This document shows positions 13,027 through 23,175 of a stretch of DNA of 33,104 bases, piece by piece; the first letter of the stretch is position 1; each line of letters opens with the position of its first letter. The translations under genes and the position numbers were made by a program. This stretch comes from Catajapyx aquilonaris (taxonomy: Eukaryota): the NCBI GenBank assembly GCA_000934665.2, contig JYFJ02004319.1, positions 1-33,104 on the forward strand, read 5' to 3'. Under the pieces are notes generated by a model. The model did not search any database and was not told the DNA's origin. It saw only the letters and a list, made by a program, of their open reading frames with translations.

Positions 13027-13315
13027 CGAGGTAAAATCAATAAATGTCACAGTATGATTGGTAAAATTTCCCAGCTGAAATAGATACGTACTGCAGGCAT
13101 ACATTTTTTACCAAAGTATTCTCTGGAGGCATTCAGCCAGAACATTTTTATAAGTCAGCTGAAGAAGTGGAAATCACTGGGAGCAAGGTCGGGACAGGAT
13201 AATTATACTAGGTGTGTTTCAATACTTCCCAGTTGATAGTCGCCAGGAGGAAGGTTCAGGATTTTTTTATTTCACGACATAGCTCAGTCGTGTGTAGTCT
13301 ATGCATTGCCGAAGG
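13027..13315 (-). pseudogene. Decayed mariner transposase 3' fragment with terminal repeat remnant
   Basis: Minus strand gives GNA/RLHT (13289-13310, cf. HDNARPH), NWEVLKH (about 13214-13234) and SCPDLAPSDFHFF (13161-13199, cf. YSPDLAPSDFHLF), with stops and frameshifts. TA|CGAGGTAAAATCAATAAAT at 13025 resembles a mariner TIR. Confidence 0.8.
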
Positions 13316-13398
13316 AACCTCCGACAGGGAGGTCTTGAAACAGTCTCCCTCTAATCCCGAAGTACACTTTAAAAATATGTAAGAATGGATTCAGTGTC

Positions 13399-13597
13399 GA
13401 GAAAAAATATAGATATGATTCAGGGTCAGGATTTTCAACGAGTCTACTGTAAAACCTGTGATGTCTCTACTTAAATGCTAATGTAGTACAGTGTCAGAAA
13501 TCATTATCTTGTCATCCTAGCATTGGAGCAGAGATATTACAGGTTTTACGGTGGACTCGTTGAAAATCGTGACTCTCTTTCATCCCTATTTTTTCTC
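13399..13597. repeat. Long imperfect inverted repeat (foldback, probably an old MITE)
   Basis: Arms 13422-13480 and 13518-13576 match at 50/59 with a 37-nt spacer. Outer perfect 11-bp pair GAGAAAAAATA (13399-13409) / TATTTTTTCTC (13587-13597). Confidence 0.85.
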
Positions 13598-14565
13598 ACA
13601 GCAGTACTAGTCACAATCAGTTGGGATTTTCATTAGCGTATATGCCGAAAAATTAAATTCAGACACTTACTGACCTCCCCGTATCAACAGGCGCGGAATA
13701 ATATTTCCACTTTCTAAACCAAAAGGCTGAATTACCATCGCCTAACGCATATACATAATTTTAAGCATAGTTTTGCCACTTTTTAACGTCGAGTAACACA
13801 TACAGAATATAAACATTTCAGAAGCTTCATGTGATGTCCTGATTTTAAATGAAAATATACCCTAAGTTACATAAACTAGGCAGGTCTGAGTTTAAAATGT
13901 AACGTACGAAACCAGCGTAAAAACTCAAAATTGTCCCCGGATTTTGTATTTAAATATACTCTTCTCGATTGGAAAACTGGAGACAAACTTAGCCTTTTTC
14001 TTCCTCTTTTAAGGTATGAATCCTCTTACATTTCCTCCTATACAACTTTTTTGTCTCCTTTATAGCTGTCGCGTATGGCAAATCTACTTAACTTTATTGT
14101 CAAACTATAGCACTATAACGAAATTTGGTGTAGAACTCGCAGGAAAGGGAGGAATAAAGAAAAAAGAGGAACTTCTTTGAGGCTCGGCTGAACTTTTCAT
14201 CCTTTTCTTCCCTTCCCCCTGCTTTTATCCTCTCCCTTTTAAAAAGTCTGCAATAGAAACTGCGCTCTTCTCTTACTCTTTTTTTCCTCTTTCTCTGCTG
14301 GACGCGATAGGAAACGTCTGTTTCTACCCAGAAAAGGTTGCTTCCAACATTGAGCACGGCGCTCGTTTACAAAGATTATAAATAAAATATTACATTCGTT
14401 TCCCCAGTGTTTCTGTACTAAATGCATTCCTTTCACGTGAGAAGGGTACGGAGAAGTTCATTTAAATTTTTTTAAGGAGCCGCACAGGATATTTCTCAAC
14501 GCAATTTGACTCCAGTACGGTCTGGTCAAGACGTGTCTATACATAATGGTGTAAAAAAAACTTAC

Positions 14566-14636
14566 CGACGGTCATCCCTTTGTAGATGCCGGAATGGATT
14601 TCAGAAACAGCACAATGACCCCTTGATGTAAATAAT
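14566..14636 (-). other. Candidate 71-nt spliced exon (UTR or short coding exon) of an unidentified minus-strand gene
   Basis: Acceptor TTTCCTTCTTTTAG| at 14637-14650 and consensus donor TCG|GTAAGT at 14560-14565. One frame is open (LFTSRGHCAVSEIHSGIYKGMTV), but I do not recognise it as any protein. Confidence 0.35.
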
Positions 14637-14976
14637 CTAAAAGAAGGAAATTCAGCTATAGAAAGCCACCATGCAGAATCCAACACACAGAAGAGTGACA
14701 TTAACAAAAAAAGTGAGACTATGAGATAAAAAGTACTTTCCAAACACATCGGTATATTAACCCTACACACCCGCGAAATCTGTAGCAATGCATATAGACG
14801 CACATGACTATGGAGGTGGAGGGCATGGCGTCTACTGGACAATCAGCAGTCGCAAGAAAAGTAATGTTGTAAACACTAATGTGCAAACCATACAATTACG
14901 CGAATTTCTACAACGTCTAAAACGGTTTTCCACGGCCGGATCACAGTTGCGGGTCATTCGAAACAAATCAGTCGAA

Positions 14977-15094
14977 TGTCAGCCGATTAATCATCGCCTA
15001 ATTGATCACAATGGTACTCGATTAATCAGCACCTGATTTACTGAACTTGTCATGGCAATAATAAATTAACCACGCGTTAATAAGTTATAAATCA
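14977..15094. promoter_or_regulatory. Candidate Exd/Pbx-Hox-Hth site cluster (enhancer-like)
   Basis: Four TGATTNAY-type sites (14986-14993, 15021-15028, 15034-15041, 15087-15094) and two TGTCA/TGACA half-sites (14977-14981, 15048-15052) within 118 bp. Confidence 0.35.
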
Positions 15095-18000
15095 ATGGAG
15101 CAATCCACCCATGATCAGTATAGCTTCAGCAGGTGTGCCGACGTCTCTTCTGCACCATTTGTAATGGTCCAAAAATTCTAGCAGACATCATGTCAAGTTG
15201 AGACAGAGACTCAGGTCTCCCCTTGTCCGTTCCCCTTGTTTTGACAAACAACCTTTACACTTCTATGCCCAAACTTCCAGTCCAGTTGTCACACAGGACA
15301 CCGACTCTTCTCCTCCCTTGCCCTCGAGACGAAGACAGAAAAATGTCTCGTTTGTCCCTTCTCCCTCCATCGATCGTTGGAAATCTAGCACCGCATCGCA
15401 ACTCTTCTTATGCAGCTTTCTCTCTGCCTTCCTTTTCTTCCCATAGACCCAAAGCGCTCCAAGGGACCAAAAAGAAGCCTCTTGTAGCACTCTCTTCTCC
15501 ATGTGCGAACAGACGTCATTCCATATTCCGCAGAGAGGAAAGGCTTCCAGACAGAAGAATATGTCCAAAAATCCAGAGAGGCTGCATTTCTTCTACTCTT
15601 GACACGTTTCTTATTACCGTACTGTATCAGTAAATATTCTCATGCCTCATACTGTGGTCCGTCATAAATTGGAATATTGAAGTGGAGCAACCTAAAGCAC
15701 GGCAAAACTAGAGCCTGTCCGTGATAGTCATTTAGTAAACCTACATCTCTAAGAAAAGCCTCGAACCAATGAAATGTCAGTTGTTCTAATCATTACAAAA
15801 CACGCTATAAGCTTATCGTAATAATAAATACCGAAGCATTTGTTGTATATTACTGCAGATTACAGTAATTAATCAGCTGTCACCAACAAATCCTTACTGA
15901 CTTTAGACAGTGATTGGGTATTTCAACATGAACCACATGCGTACTACAAGACCCTCTTCGTGTTTTCAAGTAATAACTAATTATGAAGAGGAAAAGTGGC
16001 ACATCAATTTTTGAAGAAGGTTAGTGGTTTTCTAGGGTAAAAATGAGTATTCTTAAGTGAAGTGATAAGTATGAAAAATTTTCATCATTATTTTGCTTAA
16101 CAAATCCACCCAATGAAGCAGATTACATACTGCAGGCGTTACATACGGTATAGCTATTTGCACAACTCTTTAAAGCGAAATTAGTCATGGTTAATAAGCC
16201 TAATATTTGTTTGGCAAATTAATGCTCTGGGGAGTCATTTGTTAGTGTTTAAAATCTGCCAGATGTTTACATTGTCGAAAGAGTAGGTCAACTGGTTCGT
16301 TTGTAATATTGCTGGCCGTGTGGTGCTGGTCTGTAAAATGATTTTCAAGCATTACGTGTTTGTGAAAGTGTGGGTGATTATGCACATTTTCAAGCACAAT
16401 AATGATGCTTCATCGAGTTGATGCAAGAATAAGCGATTGATCTATGGTATAAATTGTCTCATTATTTTGGTTGTCTAACGTCAAAGCCCTTATATAAAAT
16501 TGCTTTGATATAAGTTTAAACAGTGCTAATAATAATGGGTTAGTTCAAAATAATTTACGTTTCTCGGACAAATTAAAAATTAATGACCCATGCATAGTAT
16601 TGGATTTTATCTTGTGTTGCGTCTCTTATGCGGTTCAAAATTTCACAGCTGCCAACTGAAAGAGGCATGGTAAAATCTACTCCCCCTTTCGTCGGGATCG
16701 ACAATACGTCACCTTTCAGTAACGGGGCCTTAAATCCTATTGAAGAAACAGCGCGAACTTATTGGAAAGTAAGTGTCAGTGTTTCTCAAGCTCCCTCGAT
16801 CCACTTGAGCAGTCAGTCAGCCTGATGAAACCGCACATGTCACGTCACATTTGTTAGAAGTGACACGAACGAGAACAGTGTGCCAATCTCAGAGACAAGG
16901 TGGAATTCAAAAGTTAAACCGACTTTTCTTTATAATAAAATCGCAATTTCAGTTTTGACAGTCATGTCAAAAAAAAACATAATGCCGCAAAGGTTAGTTT
17001 CAGCGCGGAACCGTAGCAGCATAAGTAATGGAGGAAATGTCCCACAGCAAGTTTCAGTCTGTTTGCTCTAGGGAACTGTGAGTTAACCGCAGTGTGGTCC
17101 CGAGAGACCAGCACACACGACCTTTATACATAACCAAAGTTTTGTAGCGACGTGGAAATTTATGCAACAAGCCGCAGACAATCCCACGGGATTCTAACAC
17201 CTTATGTCACAAAATATTAATCCGTTAGAGTCTTGAAGGTGAATAATAACGGCTAAATAAATTTGCGTGCTATACAGCATAATCAGGCAACTATAGGCAA
17301 GGAAGATATTATGATATTATGATACTTGTATTAGCAGGCTTATATGTATAAGGTACAAACAACTTGAAGAAATTGACTTTTGAGTAAGAAAGTAAGTAAC
17401 TTTCCTTGACTTTTTACATAGAGACAGATCACACGCGAAATTCTAACATGAACTAGTAAAACGTTACTTCACTTCGCATAAACGCGTAATAGTATCATTT
17501 GATGAAGTGATTTTCAGAACGTCTCATGTTGGCATCTTGTAATCTAGTTGCCGATAGTCGTCAGCTTTCTGCCATATTTTGACATATACCTCACAAGGGC
17601 CATGGAATAATTTTTCCATCTGTTTTCTCTCAAAATAAGCTCATTTTTACTTTGATCATTTAGCGTCTTCATTTCGCATCCAAATGGCAAATTTATACAC
17701 TTGGGAGAAATACAAATGAACAATTTGGTGGCCCTCTGTGGAGCTGTAAAAACCAACTGTACTCCTCACCAAATAATCCCACACAATATTTGCTTACTGT
17801 CATGACAGCATTTTACACGACTCGAGTCTATTTCAGATACACTGCAAACTGTAGACCTCTAAATTCCAAGCAGCTACCATCCAGTCACCTTTAAAATCTC
17901 CTGGAGATATATCCCTTTTGAGACAGTTCGGACCGGCCCGGATGACAATCTCGATACAGGGGACATTATCCATGTCAAAGTCAGCCTTAGAAGGAAGGGA

Positions 18001-18212
18001 CCGAAAAAAGAAGTAAAAGCAAAGAAGGGCAACACAGAGGAGGATATTGCTTTTTTTGGTTGCGAGATCTCCAGCACAACCCCCCCTCGGGAAGATAAAC
18101 GGATTCCCTGGCTCTAATAAAAATCAGCGCCCGAGGAATCCATCAGAATCAATAGGGTTCATTTACATGCCGAAACACGTACCAGGTTAGGGAGTGAGGT
18201 GGCGGCGGTGAT

Positions 18213-18234
18213 GGGGTAGGGAGGGTGGGTGGGG
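18213..18234 (+). other. Canonical G-quadruplex-forming motif
   Basis: GGGGTAGGGAGGGTGGGTGGGG: five G-tracts with 1-2 nt loops. Confidence 0.6.
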
Positions 18235-18515
18235 AGCGTTCCAGAAAAGGGCTATAGGAGGCGGGCGTTGTGCTAGTTTAAAGGGAAGAGCAGTTCCAAA
18301 GTAGCCCCGGCGGGGGCCAAATTTGAAACCTCTCTGCGAGACCAACCCTTTGTGCAATATTCACGCTTTGCTGCCCTCATTAACGGGAATTCTTAGGAAA
18401 GGGGGCACAATACCAGTTGAGCGCCTCCGAAATTAGTTTTGACGGAACGGGGTGGCGGTGAGGAATAAGCGGCTGTAATGCGCGCCCTTTGCCACGGGAC
18501 AGATGCCCCCCACGA

Positions 18516-18528
18516 CCCCCCCCCCCCN
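18516..18528. other. Poly-C run ending in an ambiguous base (possible assembly join)
   Basis: A single N at 18528 directly after a C homopolymer; sequence continuity across this point is uncertain. Confidence 0.7.
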
Positions 18529-18970
18529 AGCAGTCACCTAGCTATAGGGTAGAGTTGGACTTGCGCGTTGGTTGCAATCATGTGGAACCCGTCACGTTCC
18601 GGAGCCAGTCCCCACTGATTTTGACGTACGGCTGCGCAAGTACAAAGGTCGAATGAGGCGACTACAAATGGAATTTTGAACGCCGAATGATCTGTATCCG
18701 TTGCGATCTGTTCACTCAAGCAAGTAAGGATTTTTTAAAATTTAAAATGAAGTAATATATTCACTTACACGTGACATTTGAAAACTGAAAAGTACGTTTT
18801 AGTTGGAATGTAGGGCAGAATCTCGGCAGTTAATTACATTAATAATATGTCTTGCTGGATTAATTAATTGACATGGTTCCCCTACTTTTTGAAACACAGG
18901 TGACGCCGCGCCGAGGGCTAGAAAATAACGTTGTGTCTTAGTATGATGTAAAAAAAATTGTGACTAGTAA

Positions 18971-20085
18971 CACTAGTCAACAAGGTTTTTGGCACATGAA
19001 CAATTTTAGCTGTTTCTAATGCATTCATAAGCGCTGATACCGAATATGAAGTCAGAAAGGGTCCATCACCCTCCATTTTTTTGAAACAGCCATACGTTAT
19101 TTTGGGGAAAGTACACTGCACATTGCTCAATGTGACTAATATTAACAATGATTTTGTTAATTGTGCCATTTCACTTTTTACCAAGTATTCATATGAGCTG
19201 ATTCCGAATATGAAGTCAAAATTTCAATATCGGCAACCACTTTCTAGTAAAAGGCCTTAATCTACCGAGAATATGCCTACTTTGCATAGCTCAATATCAT
19301 TAATTTTTTGGGCAATATTGGGTTTTGTTTAAGGCGCCATATTTGGTGTCTCTCATGTATTAGGAAGCGCTAATTGTGAATATGAAGTCAGAATTTTAAT
19401 ACCGGCATCCATTTTCTTGTAAGAAGCGTATACCTTGTTTTCTAGAATTACTGCACATTGCTCATTGTCACCTTATGCATAATTTTTGTAAACATGATTC
19501 CATATGAGGGTTTTGGTATATCTACAATGGGGTCATCAAAACGAATCCATACTAAGACCATACTAGGCCCTATTAGTCATTCCTTACTCAGAAATCTATT
19601 TTAAAGTGTATGACTCTAGTGCGGTGTTTTGATACCATAAAAATGCAAATTACTCCAAAACTGTAGGCGATAGAAAATATCGGTTAACATATTTGAAATC
19701 AGCACAACGAATACAATAAGAATCGCACATATATGTATGAGGCGGAAATATTTTAATTTTGTTGATCAGTGATACAAATGAAGTACTTTTACAGTAAAAT
19801 GCCAATTACTCAAAAATGGTTAACAGATTTGAAATCAAGACAGAGAGTACTATAGGAATCGCACATTCATGTACTGTACATGCACCAAAATAATTGCAAT
19901 TTTGTCGATCAGTGCTACATATACATTGAAGGAAGTTCATTGCTACCATAAAATGATGATTACTCAAAAACTCTGTGTGATAGAAGAAATTGGTTAACAT
20001 ATTTGAAATCAGCGTAAAGAATACAATGAGTATTTCATATTCAAGTCCATGTACCAGAAAGAAAGTTGAATTTTGTTCCCTAGTG
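18971..20085. mobile_element. Non-autonomous Chapaev3-like (CMC) DNA transposon, 1115 bp, with triplicated terminal modules
   Basis: TAA TSD at 18968-18970 and 20086-20088. Termini CACTAGTCAACAA / TTGTTCCCTAGTG match at 11/13. Left motif GCT-ATW--GAATATGAAGTCA occurs three times (GAATATGAAGTCA at 19042, 19206, 19378). The inverted right motif GGTTAACAKATTTGAAATCA occurs three times (19682, 19818, 19992). CAC termini with a TWA TSD fit Chapaev3 (recalled). Confidence 0.78.
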
Positions 20086-20298
20086 TAATTGGATTGACAT
20101 TGAATGACTGATGGGCCTTTCATGGCGAAACAGTAGCAGTGACTGTTCTGCGCAGGAAACAAAGTTATCTTGTGCAGGTTATGCTAAATTCGAGGAGTCA
20201 GAGGTTAACACTGATTTAATAAATGTGGGCAATTTACATATTAACAAAATGTTTGTAAAAAACGGTAAAACGTAATTTATTGCGAGTATATGACATAA

Positions 20299-20588
20299 TA
20301 ATTGATAATGGATACCCCGTGATAAGCCTCCTTGGGCTTTTTATAGGGGATCATCTTTTTAATTAACCCACTTTAATCATTGCTTTCGCTATGATAGATT
20401 TTGATAGTGGGAGATAACGGGAGAACCCCGAGAAAACCCACGCGAACACGGAGAGAGCCCATCGATACTCTGTCGACATAAGTATCCTCTGTCCGATCCG
20501 GGGATCAAACTCGGGACCTTAGAGGTGGAAGGTTGCGGCGCTAACCACTCCGCCACCGACACGGTGGCGGAGTGGTTAGCGCCGTCCA
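20299..20588 (-). mobile_element. tRNA-derived SINE with V-SINE-like central domain and 5' foldback
   Basis: 18-bp TSD TGCGARTATATGACATAA (20281-20298 / 20589-20606, one mismatch). A box TGGCGGAGTGG (20545-20555) and degenerate B box AGTTTGATCCC (20501-20511). Core TCTCTCCGTGTTCGCGTGGGTTTTCTCGGGGTTCTCCCGTTATCTCCCAC (20407-20456); ATT-like 3' tail. Confidence 0.87.
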
Positions 20589-20856
20589 TGCGAATATATG
20601 ACATAAAAAGCCAATAATCAAAACTGTATGTGCAAGTTGGACATTTTCAGAAACGAATACATAGCTAATAAGGTGGTTGGGTTCAAATCGGGCAAGAGTG
20701 TTGTCAGAGTGGCTCTCGCCAGCAGGAGACCAGTCTCGATGCGAAGGTAGTGCAGCGCATAACAGTCCAGCAGGATGTCCTGGACCCTCATTGTAAAATT
20801 TTCCATCGTCACTACTTATAAGAAGCAATCATAATAATACTCCTGTTTCAAAACGA

Positions 20857-20975
20857 AAGGCCCATTCACATACACGACCCTCTCGTGGGGATGAGGTGAA
20901 CTTGCCCTTCCCATTGGATCCACGTTGGAGGAATTCCCCAGCGCAGCGAGCGCAACATGTGGGTGAATGGGCCTT
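20857..20975. mobile_element. Small PIF/Harbinger (Tourist-like) MITE candidate
   Basis: Perfect 13-bp inverted ends AAGGCCCATTCAC (20857-20869) / GTGAATGGGCCTT (20963-20975). GGCCC-type termini are Harbinger-like, but the TSD is not preserved. Confidence 0.45.
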
Positions 20976-21081
20976 CAACTCCGCATGCATTTACTTCACG
21001 TATTTTGTCCGTCTTTGTCACTGTTCGGAGTAGCCAGCGATGGCAAATTTTTCTATCTCTTTCGACCAGTAGGGCCTACAT

Positions 21082-21155
21082 ATGAATCCCCTGGTGACTG
21101 TGCGCACACAGGTATAACAATATACCTGTGTGAGCACAGTCACCAGGAGATTCAT
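21082..21155. repeat. Near-perfect 74-nt hairpin
   Basis: 35-bp arms 21082-21116 and 21121-21155 pair at 33/35 around a 4-nt loop ACAA. Confidence 0.92.
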
Positions 21156-22699
21156 TTGATGAGATGATTGACAGAGATACGGAATACACAATCATACAGT
21201 GTAAAGAAAAACAAGCTCAGAGAGGCAGGAAGCCTAAGGGAAATATTATAAGATAGCTAGTGAAAACCACTGTCGAATATTTTATCAAAATTACAGACTG
21301 TGCTATATGTCTGCAAAATTTTAACCGATTTTAACATTTGTTGCTGAATGATGACAATCTCCAGCAATGGGCATAGAGCTAGTGAAGACTTGTGGCAACT
21401 GGTTACGTGCACTTTCCCAAACAGCCCAGCAGACTTGCTCGCATAGAGGATCTTAGTAGGCCTACTTATTATGCTCTGCAACTCCCTCTTCCATCACCAC
21501 AGGCCGGCCCACACATAGCCACTCTAATGCGAAAGAGCCTAACACACCGGAGGTCCCCTTGACTAAAAAATGCTTTCACTTCAAATAAAAGAACCTGTCC
21601 AAGGTTATCCTGACTAAGAAAGGAAACCCACATGGCACAATGATTAGTATCTTTAGAGTGGAGCATATCACTGAAACGCAACGTATAGGGATCAAAATGG
21701 ATGCTGTCAAGCCACTCTAATAATATATTATCATTCAATGGAAGAATGCTTCTAAAATACCTCATAGAGGTGAAAGAGGTATGTTCAGACAGCACACAGC
21801 TGACCACCAACAGGGCCTGCATTGCCAACGAATGCCATCTTTAATCCATACGCGATAGGGCAATCGCGGGATATCTCCGTTTGGATTTGCATTTCGCATG
21901 TTGGAGACTCGCGATGCATTTGTCCCACGCGAATATTCTTACAACATTTTTACAGTGTAAAAACAACACATGAATTTTCGTACATCTAATTCTACTAATC
22001 AAACAGTGCACTATGTGGCAACAGTTTTTAACAATGACTACTAAGCCCGCCAGACAGCATCACCTACCACATCAAAGATACAGTAAGTGGCGAACACAGC
22101 GGGCTTTGGCGTAGCCTACAACTAAGTGCATAATTATGCAGTAATATACACGACAAGATAAGCCTTATTTTTGTCATTCGAGTTGCGGAGCTACCCAGGG
22201 TAACATTGGACATGTTCTTTGTTTGAAGTGACAGAATTTTAGTAGACAAGGAACTCTCTCCGGCGTGTGGCAGGGATAGCATTTCATTTCAATGCCCTCT
22301 TTTGAGAATATGATGTTATCAAAAGTAATAGTTGTTGATCTTAATAATTGAAATTCATTTTTGAAATTACATTATTAGTAATATTACATTACAACGACTG
22401 ATATCCAAGGCGAGCATTTTCCCATTTTATATGGGCTAGGTCTTCCACAGAGCTGCTTAAAAAATAATTCCCCATTCCTTCTAATACTGTACAACAACTA
22501 CGAGTAACAAGTGGAAATTAACTGCTTCTAATATTTAAAAAACTTGTACCAACAAAAGTTGGCCTGGAACACGAAGACACTATCTCTGGTTCTAACCGAT
22601 AGAGGATATGATTTAAAAAGGGCACAAGCAGCAGATATATATTACCCTAAACGTCGGCTGTAGGGGTCACATGACGAAGTTACCGAGCCATACAGGAGA

Positions 22700-22810
22700 G
22701 GTCCACACCAGGCATCGGACAGTCGAAATTCGGTCCCTTCTTCACGGCTCATGGGAGTTGTCTTCAGCGAAACACCGGATTGTGCTCTTCCAAGTGCCAG
22801 CCCACACTCG
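22700..22810 (+). pseudogene. Possible RNase H fragment of a decayed non-LTR retrotransposon
   Basis: VEIRSLL...HRIVLFQVPAH (22779-22805 = IVLFQVPAH) resembles the RNase H 'IxFxWVPAH' motif and stops where the minus-strand LINE tail begins. This is a weak motif-level match only. Confidence 0.3.
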
Positions 22811-22815
22811 GTACC

Positions 22816-23175
22816 TTTTTTTTGTATCAGATATGTATATAAGGGGGCTTACCCGGCAGAGCCATCTACAGCCCCCGGCTCCATCAACAACTAATCACCG
22901 AATAGTGACAACATCATAAACAAACAAGAAGAGCCAAACAAACCTGGATAAAACCGAAAATCGAAAACCCTTAAGGCGCGACCACAAAAGCAATTACTAA
23001 AACGCGCAGAGACGCATACAATTTAGAGCGAAACCCTTCACCACCTCAGATTTAGAGAACCACGAGACCAAGAGAACCAAACCCAAGAAAGGGGGACCAA
23101 GAGAACTAAACCAGTACACATTAAAACTCCGCCGGCGATTAACATGGGGCAGCACCAGGGAAGTTTTTCGGGGCC
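22816..23175 (-). mobile_element. 5'-truncated LINE 3' end (I-group-like)
   Basis: On the minus strand: LPWCCP then (frameshift) NRRRSF...SLGPPF...EVVKGF...stop at 22997, resembling an ORF2 C-terminus. It is followed by a T-rich 3' UTR, a 7-bp stem-loop GGGGGCT/AGCCCCC (22843-22876) and an A8 tail (T8 at 22816-22823). The 5' boundary is approximate. Confidence 0.62.

Noticed and set aside
8820..14020. Plus-strand recursive splice sites (TAG|GTGAAA at about 8847, AAG|GTATGA at about 14013)
   Set aside because: The regenerated donors deviate from GTAAGT, and there is no independent evidence for a plus-strand host gene.
16820..16880. Hammerhead ribozyme core (CTGATGA)
   Set aside because: No stem II followed by GAAA and no closing stems I/III; the other CTGANGA hits I checked also fail.
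19029..20014. CRISPR-like repeat/spacer array
   Set aside because: The repeats are degenerate, ~170 bp apart, switch orientation, lie inside a TIR/TSD-bounded element, and no cas genes are present.
21469..21828. Reverse transcriptase fragment (TLRFSDM resembling LRFADD)
   Set aside because: A single weak motif with no supporting RT motifs around it.
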